Source: Hemiscyllium ocellatum (lineage: Eukaryota). From it: DNA of 64,000 nt. The notes beneath the pieces are model-generated. The model was not told the origin of the DNA. It was given only the letters and a program-made list of their open reading frames with translations, and ran no database searches. Positions 37,842 to 49,900 of this stretch are shown piece by piece. The stretch spans positions 39,422,909 through 39,486,908 of the forward strand of contig NC_083430.1 in the NCBI RefSeq assembly GCF_020745735.1, written 5' to 3'. A program made the translations under genes and the position numbers. Within the stretch, counting starts at the first letter, position 1. Every line of letters starts with the position of its first letter.

Positions 37842-38549
37842 CAATGAAAAACATCTGAAAACATTCTGCCAAAGTTGTATTGTACATTGATTATGTCACT
37901 AGACAATGAACACACAGAACACAAACTTGTGCCTTGACAATCTGAGAATTTGAATGGAGTGGCTTTGGAAAGAAGCTAGATAACTGTCATGAAACAAAAT
38001 AAGGGATGCTTCAAACTTAACACTAGAAGGATAGAAGTACAGGTGCCCAGAGGAAAAGCATGGAGTACAGCACATGCTGGAAAAGAAAGCAAGCCTTGAA
38101 GAAGTCATTTACTCAAAATATTAATCCCGTTTCTCTCTCTCTACAGACACTGCCAGATCTAAGTTTCTCCAGCATTTTCTTCTTTTAATTCCAAATTTAC
38201 AGCACCCGCAGTATTTTGATTTTATAGACCTGCAGGCTGTTCTGGAAATAGCGTACAATCAGAATAATAGTTAACCTCTTCAGTTACCGGACAGTTGACC
38301 ATCTCAAACAGGGTATGCACAGCCTGAGAGAGGGTTGGAGACAGGTTCAATGGTGACTTTAAAAATGGACTTGGACAGACATTTGGGGCTGTATGAAGAG
38401 AGAGCAAGGACTCGACAGGATAGCACTCTAAACCAGAACTCCCCAATTTGGGCAGCAATTGCTCCGAGGAGCTCTATGATCACTTCCCCCACTCTCAAAT
38501 CCCTGCCTACTCCCCACTCTCAGGAGCTCGCTGAGGAATCACAACAATT

Positions 38550-38960
38550 ATAGAGCCTCAAAATGGGCTCAGAGCGCGGGTTAAAAAGTTCTGAAAACAT
38601 TGCGTTAAATTCCCGTGAGGCCGCTTTCCACGACAAGACTGAAAGGATTTGCACAAGGCGCGGGGTGGGGGTACGGCACCAGGCCTGGGAGGCCCAGCCT
38701 CCTCTACCTGAGGGAGGCCCAGGAAGGGAGGAGGGCTCTCTCACACCGAAGCCCAGCCCTGTCAGCGCTCTATCGCGGCCCGCCGTTCCCAGGGAAGCTC
38801 TCCTACCGCAGTAAGGCTGAAGAATGCCCGCTACATGGTGAGGTGGTGGAGGAGAGTCGACCCTCCCCTCCCTCCTTACAGTCAGGGTCGGTAGGCCCGA
38901 GCTCACAGACTGCAGCGCTACTCCGGAGCATGCGCTGTGCAAGGCCATGCCCTTCCAGTC
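38550..38960 (-). promoter_or_regulatory. GPN2: CpG-island promoter and probable non-coding first exon of GPN2
   Basis: GC/CpG-rich island; NRF1-like GCATGCGC near 38928; candidate donors GTAAGG (~38879) and GTAGGA (~38806). The coding exon begins with an acceptor at 36253-36254. Confidence 0.65.
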
Positions 38961-39272
38961 TACAGAGACAGGACCTCAGTTCAATGTCTTATGGTGGGAG
39001 AGAAAAACATGGCACCATGCTCCTCAAAGCTTTGCAGCTCTTGAGATTTTAATGTCTTCCATTACTTGGTAATCTGCTGTGGGAATCAGGAGCTTTCATT
39101 GCCCATCAGTAATTGCAGAGAAGGTGATGGTGAGCCACCTTCCTGCTCTGCTGTTAGGAAATGAATTCCAGGATTTTGACCTAACAAGAGGGGTGAAGGT
39201 GTTTTTAAAATAAGGTTGGTGGGGCATATGTAAGTAATAATGAATCTATGCACTTGCTGTCCTTGACCTAGG

Positions 39273-39479
39273 CAAAGTTAAAAATCACACAATATCAGGT
39301 TACAGTCCAACAGGTTTAATTGGAAGCACTAGCTTTTGGAGCGATGCTCCTTCATCAGGTGGTTGTGATGAAGGAGCAGTGCTCGAAAAGCGAGTGCTTC
39401 CAATTAAACCTGTTGGACTATAACCTGGAGTTGTGTGATTTTTAACTTTGTACACCCCAGTCCAACACCGGCATCTCCA
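39273..39479. repeat. Inverted pair of Penelope-like terminal repeats (second family) forming an ~85-bp-arm hairpin, each arm with a hammerhead core
   Basis: 39273-39357 is the near-exact reverse complement of 39366-39450. Cores CTGATGAAGGAGC..GCTCC(A)AAAGCTA (minus) and GTGATGAAGGAGC..GCTCGAAAAGCGA (plus). Confidence 0.85.
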
Positions 39480-42479
39480 AACCTTGTCCTTGGCAGTGAG
39501 GGATGTGGAACAGGAAGGTAACTGAACAACAAGATGCACTCCAATAGTCAGATTGCACTGTTGTTGGATGGGATTCTTTGTTCTTGATGGTATCAAGCTT
39601 CAGATGTCATTGGAGCTGCACTAATCCAGCCATGAGTGTAGTATTTCTGCACATTCCTGTCTTGAGTTTTGCAAATGGAACATCTTTGGGTAGTTCGGAG
39701 ACTTACACATTAAAGAATCGAAGGACCTTCCCTACTTTGTAAGTTAATTGAGAGATTGATTGCTATTTTAGGCAACAACTTCCTTATCATATTTGGATCA
39801 TCTCTATTTAGGTTTTTATGATGACTCCACTATTACAATCAACTAGCACTAACCACATTCAGAAATACTGGCAATGTACAGATGTTACTCTGATGCTAAC
39901 ACAGCAAAATCAGAAGAGCGTTAGAACATCAATTATATGAACCATTGTCTTTTATTGTCTAGCAAATCACATATTCTGTTCTGTCCTTTCTGTGATTCAG
40001 GTGAACCGCAATGGAGTAGAATTACATTTCCCCCATATTTGAATGAATGTTCAACATGGGCCTTGGAAATACCTTATTAACTAAAGAGGAAGTTACATAT
40101 TTGTTTTTTCCCAGGTTACCACTGCTTACTCAGCTACTCAAAACTGATTCTATCAACAGATCATCCCAACAACTCGAGACCCCAACATGAGCAGAACATT
40201 CAACTTCATGATTTCATTTGTAATGATTAGTCTATGTCAAATAATATCAAATTATCAAAATATAATTTCCTTCACATCACAAAATAGAATTGGAGGTTGA
40301 TTAGCTTTACTTCTATTGAAAAATATTTAGTATTTTCCAAGAATTCTATTGGTCTGTATATTGCACAAGAGTGAATGCAGTTTTCAGTTAATTTGTGTTT
40401 TAGGTTCATTGTGCAGTGACTGGGGATTACACCTATGTCATATTTTCATGTTGAATTGAGAGAAGTGACATTAATCAGTAGAGTAATAGAGTTTGCAACA
40501 ATTCACCAAGTTACAAATTGGAATGAATACACAACACTTGACAGGAGTGGCAGAATACATTTATTTAAAAAATATTATAAGAATATTTTATTCGACATAC
40601 TTTTCCTGAAATTGAATGATCAAAATTTTCATTTGTAACAGAAAACAGTATAAACACTCAGCATGTGAGGTAGCATTGTAAGAAAAACAGTTGATGATGA
40701 CTCGTCATCAGAATGGTTTGCTGAGCATTTCCAGCATGTGTTTCTATTTCAGATTTCCAGAATCTGTAATGTTTTAATGTCGAGTACATACGAACTTTTG
40801 TATAAAATTCCTAACTACAATATTTTTCATGACATGGGGTTCTAAAGTTTCTTCTGCTGGGATATTTCCTGATCTACCACCTTAATTACATACTCAAAAA
40901 TTCAACTATGTTAATTATGCATGACATACCCACCTGAGAGAACAGCATAGGTTTGTGATTAGTTTGTTTCTTCATTTGTTCGGTCACTTTCTAAAGATTT
41001 TAGTAACTTGCTCATGACAGATAGTAGGCTAAAAATAGTAATAACTTCTTAGTTTATTTGTATTATTTCTTATTCATTTCCAGAATAGCCTGAATCATGT
41101 TAGCTTTGAGACAAACATATTCTATGTTTGGAATACTATTCCTCAGCAACCCAACATGACCACATGATGCTAGGTCACAATTTTTCACTTTTTAAATGAA
41201 GATGAAAATTTAGAGAAAGCTGCAAATTTTAAGTTTGAGGATAATACCAATTTAGGTGACAATAAATAGGGAATATTGCAAAGGAACATCAAAATTCATC
41301 TGTCCTATTAATGTAGGAAGCATGAAATCACTTGCTTTGAACCTAGGAGCGAGGAAAGAAAGATTAGATTTTTTTAAAAAATGACAAGAAGCTAGGAACT
41401 AAATGAATAGAGAGATTAAGGGTTCCATGTACCAAAATCACCAAATATACAGTGACTGTGCACAAATGCAGAAACATTCAGAAATTCAGTACAAAGTGGT
41501 TAGATTTGTCTTTGTTAAATTTCAAACTGGGGAGTGATAAATCGGTAGATGCAACTCAAATTACAGGATGGTTAATTGCAATACTTAATTGGGCGGAACG
41601 ATGAGGAAACGTTTTTAATCAGCAAGCTGTGATGTGAAATTTAGTGCTTGAAAGTGAGGTGGAACGGATTAATTAGTAACTTTCAAAAGTGAATTGGTAA
41701 AATACTTGAAGGGGAAAAAGAAAGGGGATTGGGGGAAAGCAATACCAAATTGCTGGCACATACTTCATAGCTCAAGTGGTCATCTTCTGTGATGTGTCAT
41801 TCAATGATTGTAGAGAATTGGAACTTAATGCAGGCAAACATGACAAAATGCAGATTTAGGAAGGAAACAAAAGTCATACAGCATCCATGAATGTTGATAC
41901 ATCAGCTCAGAATAAAGCAGAATAGCTTTGTGAAGTCAACATGTCAAACTAGAGCAGAGTAACAATAAACAATGTCTGTGGAACGTTGAACTACCCAGGA
42001 CTCTGGATAGATGTTCTCCTGCTACTGAGTACAGATGTGTTTGTAAAGACATAAGACATTTTGGACACCATGTTGGGAAGGCTGAACTTCAGTGTCATAG
42101 TGTATTATGAGGAACAACTGGTGAGACTTGGGCTAATCAATCAGTCTGGAAATGGGACTTGTGCAGGGTGATTACGTACATGTGCATAGGTTGTTAAAAG
42201 CATTGAAAATGTGAACCTAAAATATTTTCAGTATGGAAATTGGATGGTGGTACAGGTTCAGATGTCAGAAAATTCTTCTCCTTCAGCTAAAGAATGTTAG
42301 CCACTTGGAATCAATCCAGATAGACATATGGAGGCAAAACTCCAGAAACATTGGGAACTTTAGGATAAATTTAGATGAGCTGAAAGTCTTGTCCCATCCA
42401 TAACTATCTTCTGACCCACAGATGCAGTGGAAAACATGTAGAAAGCAGACTTTATTCTGAATAGAATAAGGGAATGGAG

Positions 42480-45400
42480 TTTATGTCCTTGTCCCTGACA
42501 CCTGGATGCAGTCAGAGAGGTCCCGAGGTCTCCAGGATACAGCAGAGCCTGTCGGGATACGCGAGTATACGGTTTCAATTTCTTTCAGTTCTGATTTTTC
42601 TTCAGTTCCTGGACATAGACGTCCCGAGGTCATAGATTTGGTCGGTTGCTTTACTCGAAACACTATTCGGGAAGTGTCTTCCACCATTCTCCTCCTCTAA
42701 CCAAAAAAAAAGCTCTGTGCGTCGGTTGGTAAGGTGACAAATGTTTTCTTTTGTGTTTCAATTTTTTTTTCCAGCAGTCTGTTTGGGACTTTAGAATAGC
42801 AGGAATGGAGGTGAGGGCAGTTGAATGTTCCTCCTGCAGGATCACCTCTGGTGTCTCTACTGACTTCATTTGTGGCAAGCGCACCCAACCCCAGCTCCTT
42901 GAGAACCATGTTAGGGAACTGGAGCTGGAGCTGGATGAACTTCGGATCATTCAGGAGGTGAAGGGAGTTATAGTTAGGTAGTTACTCCACAGCCACATGA
43001 AGAAGGTAGATGGGTTACCCTCAGGGGTAAGAAGGGAACCAGCAGGCAGTGCAGGGATCTCCTGTGGTGGTTCCCCTCAACAACAAGTATACCGTTTTGG
43101 ATACTGTGGAGGGTTACAATTTACTAGGGGTAAGCAACGGAGCACAGATTTTTGGTGCAGAGTCTGTCTCTTGCTCAGAGGGGAAGGGGGAAGAGGAGCA
43201 GAGCTTTAGTCATTGGGAACTGCATAGTTAGGAGGACAGATAGGTGGTTTTGTGGGAATGAGAGAGATTCATGATTGGTGTGTTACCTCCCAGGTGCCAG
43301 GGTTCGTGATGACTCTGATCATGTTTTCGGAATCCTTGAGGGGGAGGGGGAGCAGCCCCAAGTTGTGGTCCACATAGACACCAATGACATAGGGAGGAAG
43401 AAGGTGGGGATCTAAGGCAGAAATTCAGGGAGCTAGGGTGGAAGCTTAGAGCCAGAACAAATAGAGTTGTTATCTCTGATTTGTTGCCCGTGCTATATGC
43501 TAGTGAAGGAACAGGGAGAGAGCAGAGTTGAACACATGGCTGGTACAGGAGGGTGGGTTTTGGATTCTTAGATAATTGGAGCTGTTTTTGGGGAAGGTGA
43601 AACTTCTACAAACAGGATGGTCTTCACCTGAACCAGAGGGGTACCAATATCGGGGCTTTGCTAATGCTCTTCGCGGTGGGGGGGGGGGGTTTAAACTAAT
43701 GCAGCAGGGGAATGGGAACCTGAAATGTTATTCCAGTGTACAGGAGATTGAGGGTAGAGAGGTCAGGGAGAGTTTTACAAGGTTCCGAGAAGACACCAAC
43801 AATCAGGATGTTGGTTTGAAATGTGTGTACTTCAATGCCAGCAGCATCTGGAATAAGGTGGGTGAACTTGCAGCAGGGGCTGGTACCTGGGATGTTGATG
43901 TTGTGGCCACTTTGGAGATATGGCTCGAGAAGGGACAGGAATGGTTGTTGTAGATTCCGGGATTTAAATGTTTCAGCAAGAACACAGAAGATGGTAAAAG
44001 AGGAGGGGGTGTGGCTTGCTAATCAGCAGCTGAGATAATGTTTGAGGACTCATCCACTGAGGTAGTTTGGGCAGAGAGTAGAAACAGGAAAGGAGAGGTC
44101 ACTCTTAGAAATTTTCTATAGGCCTCCAAATTATTCCAGGGATGTAGAGGAAAGGATAGCAAAGATGATTCTCGAAAGGAGTGAGAGGAACAGGGTAGTT
44201 GTTATGGGGGATTTAATTTCCCCAGTATTGACAGGGAACATTATAGTTCAAATAGTGTAGATAGGTGAGATTTTGTTCAACATGTGCAGGAGTTTTCTGA
44301 CACAGTATGTAGACAGACCAACATGGGGTGAGACCATATTGGATTTACTACTGGTGAATGATCCCAGCCAGGTGTTAGATTTGAAGGTATATACTGCAGG
44401 GAAAGAGGTATAACGAGGCGGGGGTGGGGGGAGGTGTTACACTCAGGCAAAATTTAGAATGCATAGGATGGGGAAGGAAACAGCAAGGGATGGACACTCT
44501 TGAAACGTGGAGCTTATTCACGGAACAGCTACTACAGGTCCTTGATAACTATATACATATCAGGCAGGGAGGTAGTTATCAAGAGAGAGAGCCATGGTTT
44601 ACTAAAGAAGTTGAAGCTGTTGTCAAGGGGAAGAGGAAGGCTTATGAGAAGATGAGGCGTGAAAGGTCAGTTAGAGGGCTTGAGAGTTATAAGTTAGCCA
44701 GAAAATATCTAAAGATAGGGCTAAGGAGAGCCAGGAGGAAACATGAGAAGTTGTTGGCAGATAGGATCAAAGAAAACCTTCAGGCTTCTATAGGTATATC
44801 AGGAATAAAAGAATGACTAGGGCCAATCAAAGATAGTAGTGGAAAGTTGTGTGTAGACTCTGAGGACATAGGGGAAGCGCTTAATGAATACTTTTTGTCA
44901 GTATTCACATTGGAAAAGGGCAATGTTAGTGACAATACAGAGATACAGGTGACAAGGTTAGATGGGGTTGAGGTTGGCAAAGAGGAGGTTTTTGCAATTT
45001 TGGAAAATCTGAAAATAGATGAGACCCCAGGACCAGATGGGTTTTATCCTTTTTTACTCTGGGAAGCCAGGGAGCAGATTGCAGAGCCTGTGGCTTTGAT
45101 CTTTATGTCATCATCACCAACAGGAGTAGTGCCAGAAGACTGAAGGATAACATGTTCCTTTGTTTAAGAAGGGGAGTCGGGCCAACCCTGGTAATTATAG
45201 GCCAGTGAGCCTTACCTCAGTTGTGGGTAAGGTGTTGGAAAAGGTTATAAGAGATAGGATTTATAATCATCTGAAAAGGAATAATTTAATTAGGGATAGT
45301 CAACACAATTTTGTGAAGGGTAGGTCATGCCTCACTAACTTTATTGAGTTCTATGAGAAGGTGACAAAACAGGTGGATGAAGGTTGATGTGGTGTATATG

Positions 45401-46512
45401 GACTTCAGTAAAGGCATTTGATAAGGTTCCACATGGTAGGCTATTGTATAAAATAAGTCTTGGGATTGAAGGTGATTTAGCAGTTTGGATCAGAAATTGG
45501 CTAGCTGAAAGAAGACAGGGTGATGGTTGATGGGAAATGTTCATCCTGGAGCTCAGTTATCAGCGATGTGCTGCAAGGATCTGTTTTGGGGCCATTGCTG
45601 TTTGTCATTTTTATATATGATCTGGAGGTAAGCGTAGAAGGATGGGTTAGTAAATTTGCAGTTGACACTAAGGCAGGCAGAGTTGTGGATAGTGCGGAAG
45701 GATGTTGTGGGTTACAGAGGGACATAGATAAGATGCAGAACTGGGTTAAGAAGTGACAAGTGGAGTTTAATGCGGAAAAGTGTGAGGTAGTTCACTTCAA
45801 AAGAAGTAACAGGTATGCAAAGTACTGGGCTAATGGTAAAATTCTTGGCAGTGAAGATGAACAGAGAGACCTTGGTGTCCAGGTGCATAAATCCCTGAAA
45901 GTTGCCACTCAGGTCGATAGGGTCGTTAAAAAGGCATAGGGGGTGTTGGTGTTTATTGGTAGGGGTATTGAGTTTCGGAGCCACAAAGTCATACTTCAGT
46001 TCTACAAGGCACCTGGGGTATTGCGTGCAGTTCTGGTCACCACATTATAGGAAAGATGTGGAAGCTTTGGAAAGGGTTCAGAGGAGATTTACTAGGATGT
46101 TGCCTGGTACAGAAGGAAGGTCTTAAGGGGAAAGGCTGAGGGAACGGAGGCTGTTTTTGTTGGGGACAAGGTGGTCAAGGAGTGACTTAATCAAGACGTA
46201 TAAGATAATCAGAGAGTTAGATAGACTGGACAGCGAGAGCTTTTTTCCTCGGATGGTGAAGGCTAACATGAGGGGACATAGATTTAGGACATAGAGGTAA
46301 TTTCTTTATTCAGAGAGTGGTAGGAGCATGGAACGGCCTGCCTGCAACAGTAGTAGACTAGCCGACATTAAGGACATTTAAATGGGCATTGGACATATGT
46401 ATGGATAATAATGGAACAGTGTAGTTAGATTGGCATCAGATTAATTTCGCAGGTCAGCACAACATCAAGGGCCAAATGGCCTGTACTGCACTGTAACTTT
46501 CTATGTTCTATG
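42480..46512 (+). mobile_element. Near full-length degenerate CR1 LINE (5' UTR, ORF1, ORF2, tail)
   Basis: MEVRAVECSSC...FICGK ORF1 start, esterase remnants, EN (LKCVYFNA), RT (NYRPVSLTSVVGK, QGSVLGPLLF), CTATGTT tail. Confidence 0.9.
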
Positions 46513-46985
46513 ATACCTGTGAATTATAATTTTCAACCTTCTGTTCAAATCTCGTCATGCCTTCCATCGTAGCCTTTTGTGCATCTCCTCTCCAAGCTTT
46601 TCAGCTTGCCCAAGTGCTCCTTTAACATGAAGACAATAATTTTCTGATAATGATTCTGGGAAGCATGGTTGAGATATCTTTCCACTAGAGCAAAGGCATA
46701 TAAATACCAAGAGTTGTTACTGTTCTTCCACTGATCATTTTGCTAGAACTTCATCCAGTCCCTCAGTTGCTTAGAGATCATGTTTACTGTATGATTGTTC
46801 CAGGTTGTATGCTGATGTGTGGTCAATGTTAGATGGGGTTGGGGAACCTGGACCATGGTTTGCACCTGTGAATATTACACCTTGTTGCATTGTCAGTGCC
46901 AAGGCACAGAGGTATCAAGACTAACACTGTATTTCACAGAAGTACCAGACTCCACTAAGAATATACCAACAACAGGAGAATGTTA

Positions 46986-49900
46986 TTATTGGCGTAAAAG
47001 AGTGTAGGTGCTTAGCTCTGACCCTTTGACAAACTGCACATCCATTCTGTACTTCATGCTGATCACCGGCTGTCTACGGAGCAGAGTGTCACCCTGGTCT
47101 ATTTCCTCAGGCTGGTCGTACACAGTTGAAATCAAGTGCTTGGTTTGTTGACGTGCTTTGCGTGCTGGTTGGTAGTTCTGGATTCTTTCTCCGTGATATC
47201 TGCAGAGTGTCACATATTAACAAAACAATGTCAGCAAGGATAATTCAAGTAAGTCACAACCAACTTGAAGCTCTTCTCGTCCAATTGATGGTAGTAGGAT
47301 TCAGATTTATGCAACATCTAGACAATAAACCAAAACTCTGTCATGACATATTAGTATCAGTTTGGCTCAAGAGGTGGCCTCGGAAGCAGAAGGATGTGAT
47401 TTTTAAGTCTTACCCAGAGAATTGAACACAAAATGCAGTTTCACGTAGTAGCATGATATAAATGCACATCATTTACTTCAGTGACCTCCTGATGACCCCA
47501 ATCCCCCCACCAACACACACAAAATGTGGTATTTGACACTATTAGGAACATGAGTTCCAAAGTATAGACTTGTGAACTAGAAAATACTTTTTCATCACAG
47601 TTCTCCAATTTGACTGCAGTTTCAGGAATACACAGTTCCCAGTTTTAACATTCCATGCAGAATCATTGAAAAATTCTCAGTACAAAGCTCTCAATAATTC
47701 AACACAACTTTTCTTGTAAACAGAGCATCATGAGCAACAGCCTGTTACCAGTTGAGACTTCTGTGTAGTAAAGACATTTACATGTGGAAGACTCTTTATA
47801 ACGCAGTCACTAAGGAGCCATTTGTGTCACTTACCCAAATCCTCGTTTACACTTGGGGTTCTGACCATCATTGTCCAGAGCATCAGCCAGACCAGAATTA
47901 CTGGAACCAAGACCTTGCCCATCTCTCCACCCCTGCTTTTCCATCACCTTCCTGCCAATTCCCTGGGTAAGAATCAGAAAATGCAGTAATCAACATTAGA
48001 ATGGCACCACGGTCAGCATAGACATGGTGAAATGTTCCTGTGCTATACTGTTCTATGTTCTGTTATCCAAAAAGAAACTGTCTGAACAGTGAGCAATAGC
48101 TCATCAGACCAAGTTACAATATTCCATTCCCAATGCAGCACAAGAAACAATTCTAACTACATGCCTGTGAAGACTTACTGATCTGCAAAATTAACTAATG
48201 CTGTGACATTGACCCTAACCACATTTCATTGCAACCTTAATTCACAAAGTTAAAAAACAAATCACACAACAGGTTATAGTCCAATAGGTTTATTTGAAAG
48301 TACAAGCTTTTGGAGCGCGGCTCCTTCATCAGGTAACTGGTGGAGCAGAATTTATGGTAAAAGATCAAAGTGTCATCGAACTGATGCAATGTATTGAACA
48401 AACGGAGACTGATGTTAAGTCTTTAATAAATTAGAATGGGGATGCAGGTTTTGATTCACTAATTTGTACTTCTGGGAATTACATATTAATTCTGGCAATT
48501 ACATATTGGACGTGGTGCTGTGTGATTTCTACCTTTATCCTCTCAGTCTAACAACGGCACCCCCATGTCATTAATCACAAAGATCTTGTTTAGCAGCTCA
48601 AGGCAATGATGTATAAACTTCAGTATATGAGAGGGAAACCCATTATTGAGTCAAAAGCACCACAGAATTATTGGAGGTACATTGTTGGAGGTATTGTCAA
48701 TAAAGTATCTCGATGTTTGTTCAGGGGACACAAAATCTTAGGTAATTTTTCCACAGAGAATCTCGGAGTTATCGGTGTCGTAGCCAACATTTTTCTTTCA
48801 ACCAATGTCAATACAACATGCAAAATGGGAAAATGGGCTGATCATTTAATTTGCCGCCATGGACCATATGTGCAATTGGCTTGGTTACTACAAAAGTAGT
48901 TCATTTGTTGAGAGAATTAAAAGATTGGAGGAGCTAAATAGTTCACTCCTATTTCTAGGAGGCACTGTGGCTAATCCCATAGATGCAAAAGTATGTTATA
49001 AATGCAAATGTTTCCTGTATAATTGCAGTAGCAATGACACAGAGTAAATCGCTGCATAACAAAGAAAAAAATGCCGAAAATACTCAGTTGGTCTGACAGC
49101 ATCTGTGGGGAGAGAAACAGAGTTAACACCCAAGAACAGGACCCTTCCATCAGAACAATTCTGAAATGCTTTTATTTCAGATTTCAGGCATCAAAAGCAT
49201 TTCTCTTTTGTGCAAGTCTACACAGTTTGTCAACTGTGTAAACAGTTCAACTTTGAAATACGTACAACAATAGTTGCTTATTCTCCGATTCACATAATGG
49301 GCGGTAGGGACTAGATTATTATTTAAGTTTGCTGGAAGGCTCTGAATGAAGCTGACTGTTTAAACACAAATTGATGGTTCTGCTAAATGTATTGTTATAA
49401 ACTATTTGGAGGGAAAGCTAAACAAGGAAACACGCTCACCTTAGTATATCGTTCAAAACCTCCAATACGTGGGGACTGCACCGAGACAATCTCCACACCC
49501 TCTCTTTGCCGTTGTTCTAGCCTCATCTGCACATAATCCTGTGAATCTTTATCTCCGCCACCTGTTCAAAATTTGAGAAGTAACTTTTTTCCATTCTCTG
49601 CATTATAGCAACAGTCATTAGACAGGTAAAACCAGTAACTTGCATTCATGATGGTCTACCATAATACTTCACCATTTTGTTGCATTTGAAAAGGATTATA
49701 AGAATCAAATTCCAAAGGCACATCATCAAAATTCATAAAGAACCCATTCATCCAAACTGACCTTTATCATAGTAGACACTCATATCGACGTCCCAGTCAT
49801 CTGCAGTCTCCTCGTCAAAATCTGAAAGAAAGCAGCAAAAATAAACCACTGACACCTGCACATCAACTAGTGGATCAACCATTCCGTGTCTATTCCAACC

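Noticed and set aside
38520-39052. Several 83-145 aa ORFs
   Set aside because: By-product of the GC-rich promoter island; no homology recognised.
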